A stretch of 64,000 nt of DNA. It comes from Flectonema sp. DT1601 (lineage: Eukaryota). Shown here piece by piece: positions 57,441-64,000 of the stretch. The stretch's first letter is position 1; each line of letters begins with the position of its first letter. Below the pieces are notes generated by a model. The model did no database searches. It was not told where the DNA came from and saw nothing but the letters and a program-made list of their open reading frames with translations. The stretch lies in the NCBI GenBank assembly GCA_964019425.1, contig OZ025794.1, positions 868,001 to 932,000 on the forward strand, read 5' to 3'. The translations under genes were made by a program, and so were the position numbers.

Positions 57441-58040
57441 TCACCTCTTCGTAACCAGAGGATCAGGGAATTTGCTTTTTACAAAATCACGCACGCTCGG
57501 ATACATCTTGGTTTTCCATATGCCAAGATCAAGATTATTTGTACCTTGAAACAAGGCGACACCAATCTGTACATCCATTCGGCCGTTCCAACATCTTTAA
57601 CTGGCATTAGCTCATAAAGCACGTACTCAATGTCTTCACAAGAACTACAATAAGGTGTGCAAGGGCATCAACATTTTGATGTATGCCACGATATAAACCA
57701 CCCTCTGAAAGCATCGGGACTTCCTTAATCCATGCAACCCATTCAACAACACCAACTCTCGTTAAGAAAGTAAAAGTCGATCAGCGACTTCCGTTATCGC
57801 CATCGCGGTATCCGTACACGAAGTGAGATGGTTCATGTGGGCTCTCGTAGCACCAAAGTTCGCAAAGACACGATCCCCCAGGAACAGGTCAAGTGTTCCT
57901 CGATGCTTAACAATAACATCAGCAGAGATGATACCGTTAGAGGAATTCCGTGCTGCAGCACTGCAAACGAGTTTGTGGATGCTTGCGACCAACAGAGAAG
58001 CACTCGCACACAAACCTTTTCTCCGCCAATCTCCCAATTA
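57441..58040 (-). pseudogene. Degraded cyclase-like gene fragment (cyclase domain and C-terminus)
   Basis: Retains DVIVKHRGTLDLFLGDRVFANFGATRAHMNH and a ...FPDPLVTKR* end, with deletions. Confidence 0.85.
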
Positions 58041-58120
58041 AGCGGCTTGGTCGATTCCAGAGACGTAATTAATCAGTATACAGGAATTTATTTACTGAAT
58101 TTCATAGAAAACCAATGTGT

Positions 58121-59863
58121 TCACCGTGTTACGATTGTTAACGGATCGGGACATTTTGAAGATGCAATCTCCCTAAGTTCATCGTAATGTGGTGTCCATG
58201 CTTGCGTTTCCAACCTACCAAGATCAGGCCTCAAGTTGCCTGTCAGTAGCGCAATAGCAACCTCATTAAAAGCATCCCACCTGCCACATCCTGACTGCTG
58301 GAGTTGATACATCCATTCTGCTGGCTCAATATCCTTCTTTGGTATCAACTCATAAAGCACATGCTCAGTGTCATCATAAAGAACCGTTTGCAGGTGCACA
58401 CGAATCTCAGCAATGTGCTTTACTGCACGATATAAACCGCCTTCTGAAAGCATAGGAACTCCCTTGATCGATGCAATCCTTTCAACAACACCAACCAAGA
58501 GAGAAGGTTTTCCAATAACGCTGAATCGCAATATAGTTTCACTACCGAGATCTCCACACACAAGCTTTCCAGAAGCCATCCCGATGTTCATAGAGAGACA
58601 TTCGCTCACCAACTCTTGGTAAGGAAGCAACACTCGATCAGCGAGTTCTGTGATCGCAATCGCAGCATCCGTACACGAAGTGGGATGGCTCATGTGAGCC
58701 CTCGTAGCACCAAAGTTCGCAAAGACACGATCCCCCAGGAACAGGTCAAGTGTTCCTCGATGCTTAACAATAACATCAGACGTCGCACTAATCATATCAG
58801 AGATGAGACCGTTAAAGGAATCCTGAGAGTGCTGCAGTACTGCAAACGAGTTGCGGATGTTGGCGACCAACAAGGAAGCACTAACACACTCAAACTTCCT
58901 CCTCACATTGTTCGGGAGGCCAGACTTATCGCTGGCATGAGTTGATGAATGAGATGACTTTTCTTCATATCTACTTCTCACAGATTCCTCAGCACTACCA
59001 GAAGAGTAGAGAGCAGGAATACAAGACTGCGGCAAGTAAGGTCTGTACGTACGAAGGTTACATAAGATCTGCTCCAAAGCATCTCTCAGTCCCTCGGGAA
59101 TATCTGCATCTTCCAACAAGCTCGTAGCCTGCTCAAGATCGAATCTCGAAAGTGAAGTTGCGATTGCATTCGCAGCATCAACAGATGCCAGGATGTTACT
59201 CTTCTCTTCCAAGACAGCTGCAGCAAACCCGCGTGTGCAGAAGAAGTCCAGTAAGAAAACTGAACACTGACCTACCAAATCAGCTAAAGAGTCCATGATT
59301 GACAAGGCACAAGGAAGTTTCTCACAATCAAACCGCTCGCGGCGATATGACTGAGCATAGTGTTGATACTCAATGTCAAAAATACCAAATCGAAAGGTAG
59401 ATTCAGAACCGAGTATGACAAGATACAGACAGCACCAACACACAACTCCCACACTTGCCCTCATTGGAGCCTCACAGACGAGAAGAATATCAACAATAAG
59501 GACGAAAAGGGGCCAACTCGGATTAAGTTGTACAATGACAGTGTCCATTTCACGTACAGTCACTGCCAAACACAAAAAGAAGGCATACACTTCGACCAAC
59601 GTGTCTGTCGCATCTTTCTTAAAGAACAACAGAATCACTAATAGTAGAACTGAAGACGTACTAGCAATTACAATCGCCATCACCATAATGATTCTCTTTC
59701 CAAGAAAACCATAGAAACTAGCACTACTAGCAAAAAAACCAAAAATGGCCACAAATACTAGGATTTTTTTCCTCTTTATTTGAAGTGCAGTATCGCTCTC
59801 TCTAATCGCCATCCTGAAGCATGGTTCCAAAAGTCTCGTGAATTTAACTAATAGCGAATTCAT
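58121..59863 (-). CDS. Multi-TM cyclase-like protein, copy 7
   Basis: 580-aa paralog. Confidence 0.85.
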   Translation of the reverse strand: MNSLLVKFTRLLEPCFRMAIRESDTALQIKRKKILVFVAIFGFFASSASFYGFLGKRIIMVMAIVIASTSSVLLLVILLFFKKDATDTLVEVYAFFLCLAVTVREMDTVIVQLNPSWPLFVLIVDILLVCEAPMRASVGVVCWCCLYLVILGSESTFRFGIFDIEYQHYAQSYRRERFDCEKLPCALSIMDSLADLVGQCSVFLLDFFCTRGFAAAVLEEKSNILASVDAANAIATSLSRFDLEQATSLLEDADIPEGLRDALEQILCNLRTYRPYLPQSCIPALYSSGSAEESVRSRYEEKSSHSSTHASDKSGLPNNVRRKFECVSASLLVANIRNSFAVLQHSQDSFNGLISDMISATSDVIVKHRGTLDLFLGDRVFANFGATRAHMSHPTSCTDAAIAITELADRVLLPYQELVSECLSMNIGMASGKLVCGDLGSETILRFSVIGKPSLLVGVVERIASIKGVPMLSEGGLYRAVKHIAEIRVHLQTVLYDDTEHVLYELIPKKDIEPAEWMYQLQQSGCGRWDAFNEVAIALLTGNLRPDLGRLETQAWTPHYDELREIASSKCPDPLTIVTR

Positions 59864-60279
59864 GGTGTAGTGGGGTATCTGTAGAAGTACTAACGTGTAC
59901 TCAATTTGACTAAATGCACATCACTACTACTAAGAAGCAGCCTCAAGAATTGAACAAAGAGGCAAGATTTAAACAAAATAACGGAAGTCACTTTGCAACA
60001 AAATAACTGAAAACAATTAGAAGATCAAAAAAGAGATAATTTCACCTCTTCGTAATTCAAAAGTTATTAAGGAGACAACTTTCATAAGGCAATCAATGGA
60101 AGATGCAGTCGGTCATAAGACGATTCTGCCTGGAAGTCACAACCAACTAAGTTAATTTTGTGACTCGTCAACTGGCGCCGCTAACATAACTGGCAGAGCT
60201 TCGCCTCGGTACATAACAACTGGCTTAGAATTCATTTGTAACAGAAACCTCGAAAAATTCCTCAACATGCTTAGAAACA

Positions 60280-60557
60280 TTGCAGGTGCGCACAGACTTA
60301 AACAGTATACTATACAAAAACGACACAAACCACTCCATTATCATAAGAATCGATGCAACCCATTCAACAACACCAACCAAGAGAGAAAGCATCCCAACAA
60401 TGCTTTCACTACAGAGATCCGCACACAAGCTTTCCAGAAGCATCCAGAAAGGACCCAACATCCCATCTGCGAGTAATGTGATTGCGTAGCATCTGCACAT
60501 GAAGTGGGATGATTCACATGACTCCTCTTAGCATCAAAGTTCGCAAAGACACGATCC
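60280..60557 (-). pseudogene. Degraded cyclase-domain fragment
   Basis: DRVFANFDAKRSHVNHPTSC and LSLLVGVVEWVASI remnants. Confidence 0.8.
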
Positions 60558-60673
60558 AATAAAGCAGTATACGGTAATTGGTCTATCTACCGAACAGCGG
60601 ACACCCCGATTACTGCACTATAAAACTCTGACGTGATTAAAGAATTTAATGCAGATACAGAGAACCATTGTAA

Positions 60674-62443
60674 TCACCGTTTTACGATTGTTAAAGGATC
60701 GGGACATTTTGAAGATGCAATCTCCCTAAGTTCATCGTAATGTGGTGTCCATGCTTGCTTTTCCAACTTATCAAGATCAGGCCTCGAGTTGTCTGTCAGT
60801 AGCGCAATAGCAACTTCATTAAAAGCATCCCACTTGCCACATCCTGCCTGCTGGAGTTGATACATCCATTCAGCTTCTTCTACAACCTCCCTCGGTATCA
60901 ATTCATAAAGCACATGCTCAGTGTCATCATAAAGAACCGTTTGCAAGTGCACACGAATCTCAGCAGTGTGCTTTACTGCACGATACAAACCGCCTTCTGA
61001 AAGCATAGGAACTCCCTTGATCGATGCAACCCTTTCAACAACACCAACCAAGAGAGAAAGTTTTCCAATAACGCTAAATCGCAATACAGTTTCACTACCG
61101 AGATCTCCACACACAAGCTTTCCAGAAGCCATCCCTATGTTTATCGAAAGATTGTTACTTGCGAACTTTTGATAAGTACCCAACACCCGATCAGCGAGTG
61201 ATGTGATCGCAATCGCAGAATCCGTACACGAAGTGGGATGATTGACATGACTCCTCGTAGCACCAAAGTTCGCAAAGACACGATCCCCCAGGAACAGGTC
61301 AAGTGTTCCTCGATGCTTAACAATAACATCAGACGTCGCACTAATCATATCAGAGATGAGACCCTTAAAGGAATCCTGAGAGTGCTGCAGTACCGCAAAC
61401 GAGTTGCGGATGTTGGCAACCAGCAAGGAAGCACTTACACACTCAAACTTCTTCCTCACATTGTTCGGGAGGCCAGACTTATTGCTGATATGAGATGAGG
61501 AACGAGATGAGGAACGAGATGAGGAAAGATATGAGTTATCCTCACATGGTCCACTTCTCACAGATTCCTCAGCACTACCAGAAGAGTAGAGAGCAGGAAT
61601 ACAAGACTGTGGCAAGTAAGGTCTGTACGAACGAAGGTTACACAGAATCTGCTTCAAAGCATCTCTCAGTCCCTCAGGAATATCTGCATCTTCCAACAAG
61701 CTCGTAGCCTGCTCAAGATCGAATCTCGAAAGTGAAGTTGCGATTGCATTCGCAGCATCAACAGATGCCAGGATGTTACTCTTCTCTTCCAAGACAGCTG
61801 CAGCAAACCCGCGTGTGCAGATGAAGTCCAGTAAGAAAACTGAACACTGACCTACCAAATCAGCTAAAGAGTCCATGATTGACAAGGCACAAGGAAGTTT
61901 CTCACAATCAAACCGCTCGCGGCGATATGACTGAGCATAGTGTTGATACTCAATGTCAAAAATACCAAATCGAAAGGTAGATTCAGAACCGAGTATGACA
62001 AGATACAGACAGCACCAACACACAACTCCCACACTTGCCCTCATTGGAGCCTCACAGACGAGAAGAATATCAACAATAAGGACGAAAAGGGGCCAACTCG
62101 GACTGAGTTGTAGAATGACAGTGTGCATTTCACGTACAGTCACTGCCAAACACAAAAAGAAGGCATACATTTCGATCAATGTGTCCGTCGCATCTTTCTT
62201 AAGGAGCAACAGAATCACTAACATTAAAGCTGAAGACGTACTAAAAATTACGAGCGCAATCACCATAATGATTCTCTTTCCAACATTACCATAGAAAAGA
62301 ACTAAACTAGCAAATAAGGTAAAGATGGCCACAAATACTAGGATTTTTTTCCTCTTTATTTGAAGTGCAGTATCGCTCTCTCTAATCGTCATCCTGAAGC
62401 ATGGTTCCAAAAGTCTCGTGAATTTAACTAATAGCGAATTCAT
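60674..62443 (-). CDS. Multi-TM cyclase-like protein, copy 8
   Basis: 589-aa paralog. Confidence 0.85.
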   Translation of the reverse strand: MNSLLVKFTRLLEPCFRMTIRESDTALQIKRKKILVFVAIFTLFASLVLFYGNVGKRIIMVIALVIFSTSSALMLVILLLLKKDATDTLIEMYAFFLCLAVTVREMHTVILQLSPSWPLFVLIVDILLVCEAPMRASVGVVCWCCLYLVILGSESTFRFGIFDIEYQHYAQSYRRERFDCEKLPCALSIMDSLADLVGQCSVFLLDFICTRGFAAAVLEEKSNILASVDAANAIATSLSRFDLEQATSLLEDADIPEGLRDALKQILCNLRSYRPYLPQSCIPALYSSGSAEESVRSGPCEDNSYLSSSRSSSRSSSHISNKSGLPNNVRKKFECVSASLLVANIRNSFAVLQHSQDSFKGLISDMISATSDVIVKHRGTLDLFLGDRVFANFGATRSHVNHPTSCTDSAIAITSLADRVLGTYQKFASNNLSINIGMASGKLVCGDLGSETVLRFSVIGKLSLLVGVVERVASIKGVPMLSEGGLYRAVKHTAEIRVHLQTVLYDDTEHVLYELIPREVVEEAEWMYQLQQAGCGKWDAFNEVAIALLTDNSRPDLDKLEKQAWTPHYDELREIASSKCPDPLTIVKR

Positions 62444-62769
62444 GGTGTAGTGGGGTATCTGTAGAAGTACTAACGTGTACTCAATTTGACTAAATGCACA
62501 TCACTACTACTAAGAAGCAGCCTCAAGAATTGAACAAAGAGGCAAGACTTAAACAATGAACTGAGGAAGTTCATTATTTTAGTTTTTGAGAAGGCGTTAG
62601 AAAGAAAGCAAGAAAATGTCATCAGACACACTTGTGGTTAAGGGAATTTATTTTGGGAAACAAAGAAGCAAGATTTAAACAAAATAACGGAAGTCACTTT
62701 GCAACAAAATAACTGAAAACAATTAGAAGATCAAAAAAGAGATAATTTCACCTCTTCGTAATTAGAGAA

Positions 62770-62929
62770 GAAAACCATAGAAACTAGCACTACTAGCAAA
62801 AAAACCAAAAATGGCCACAAATACTAGGATTTTTTTCCTCTTTATTTGAAGTGCAGTATCGCTCTCTCTAATCGCCATCCTGAAGCATGGTTCCAAAAGT
62901 CTCGTGAATTTAACTAATAGCGAATTCAT
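62770..62929 (-). pseudogene. 5' fragment identical to the start of copy 7
   Basis: Matches about 59704-59863; part of the segmental duplicate 62770-64000. Confidence 0.85.
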
Positions 62930-63345
62930 GGTGTAGTGGGGTATCTGTAGAAGTACTAACGTGTACTCAATTTGACTAAATGCACATCACTACTACTAAG
63001 AAGCAGCCTCAAGAATTGAACAAAGAGGCAAGATTTAAACAAAATAACGGAAGTCACTTTGCAACAAAATAACTGAAAACAATTAGAAGATCAAAAAAGA
63101 GATAATTTCACCTCTTCGTAATTCAAAAGTTATTAAGGAGACAACTTTCATAAGGCAATCAATGGAAGATGCAGTCGGTCATAAGACGATTCTGCCTGGA
63201 AGTCACAACCAACTAAGTTAATTTTGTGACTCGTCAACTGGCGCCGCTAACATAACTGGCAGAGCTTCGCCTCGGTACATAACAACTGGCTTAGAATTCA
63301 TTTGTAACAGAAACCTCGAAAAATTCCTCAACATGCTTAGAAACA

Positions 63346-63815
63346 TTGCAGGTGCGCACAGACTTAAACAGTATACTATACAAAAACGACACAAACCACT
63401 CCATTATCATAAGAATCGATGCAACCCATTCAACAACACCAACCAAGAGAGAAAGCATCCCAACAATGCTTTCACTACAGAGATCCGCACACAAGCTTTC
63501 CAGAAGCATCCAGAAAGGACCCAACATCCCATCTGCGAGTAATGTGATTGCGTAGCATCTGCACATGAAGTGGGATGATTCACATGACTCCTCGTAGCAT
63601 CAAAGTTCGCAAAGACACGATCCCCCAGGAACAGGTTAAGTGTTCATCGATGCTTAACAATAACATCAGACGTCGCACTAATCATATCAGAGATGAGACC
63701 CTTAAAGGAATCCTGAGAGTGCTGCAGTACTGCAAACGAGTTGCGGATGTTGGCGTCCAACAAGGAAGCACTTACGAATCTTTTCTCTGCCGACCCTAAA
63801 TGAGCGGCTTGGTCG
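63346..63815 (-). pseudogene. Degraded cyclase-domain fragment (longer sibling of 60280-60557)
   Basis: Shares the defects of the 60.3 kb fragment but retains the HRGTLDLF-region sequence that is deleted there. Confidence 0.8.
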
Positions 63816-63944
63816 ATTCCAAAGATGAAATAAAACAGTATACGGTAATTGGTGTATCTACCGAACAGCGGACACCCCGATTACTGCACTATAAAACTCT
63901 GACGTGATTAAAGAATTTAATGCAGATACAGAGAACCATTGTAA

Positions 63945-64000
63945 TCACCGTTTTACGATTGTTAAAGGATCGGGACATTTTGAAGATGCAATCTCCCTAA
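63945..64000 (-). CDS. 3' end of a further cyclase-like copy (continues beyond the window)
   Basis: Identical to 60674-60729 (LREIASSKCPDPLTIVKR*), with the same downstream flank. Confidence 0.7.
   Translation of the reverse strand, partial: REIASSKCPDPLTIVKR

Noticed and set aside
40231..62294. Recurrent plus-strand ORFs within the array (for example 50151-50762, 203 aa)
   Set aside because: They are antisense shadows of the conserved cyclase-like CDS; lengths vary between copies and they show no independent motifs.

Overview
Eukaryotic protist DNA, AT-rich, with long homopolymer tracts between genes. Every host protein-coding gene is on the minus strand and most lack introns. That layout, together with a mitochondrial-type HslU and occasional canonical introns, points to a euglenozoan, probably a diplonemid (inference, not proven). 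Bases 1-39.3 kb hold single-copy genes: TRAPPC9/Trs120 (partial), a TH1/PH-like protein, Rab21 (one intron), an EF-hand-fused Kv-type K+ channel, an SH3b-like protein, two coiled-coil proteins, TBL2 with a Tudor-like insert, a SPRY plus tyrosine-kinase-like protein, HslU, MPDU1, a degenerate SUV3-like helicase, a Q/P-rich Zn-ribbon protein and SHQ1. Bases 40-64 kb are a tandem array of eight intact multi-TM class III nucleotide-cyclase-like genes, a ninth cut by the window edge, and several pseudogene fragments. All copies lack most catalytic residues, have variable TM regions and are mosaics of each other, which makes them a candidate pseudo-cyclase receptor repertoire. Mobile and repeat DNA: a deleted piggyBac with TTAA TSD, a deleted Sola2-like TIR element, two copies of a ~0.5 kb SINE-like retroposon, a 223-bp tandem repeat carrying a TSD-flanked insertion, and a duplicated B-box-containing element. 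Predicted cis-intron acceptors are A/C-rich, whereas acceptors upstream of start codons are pyrimidine-rich.
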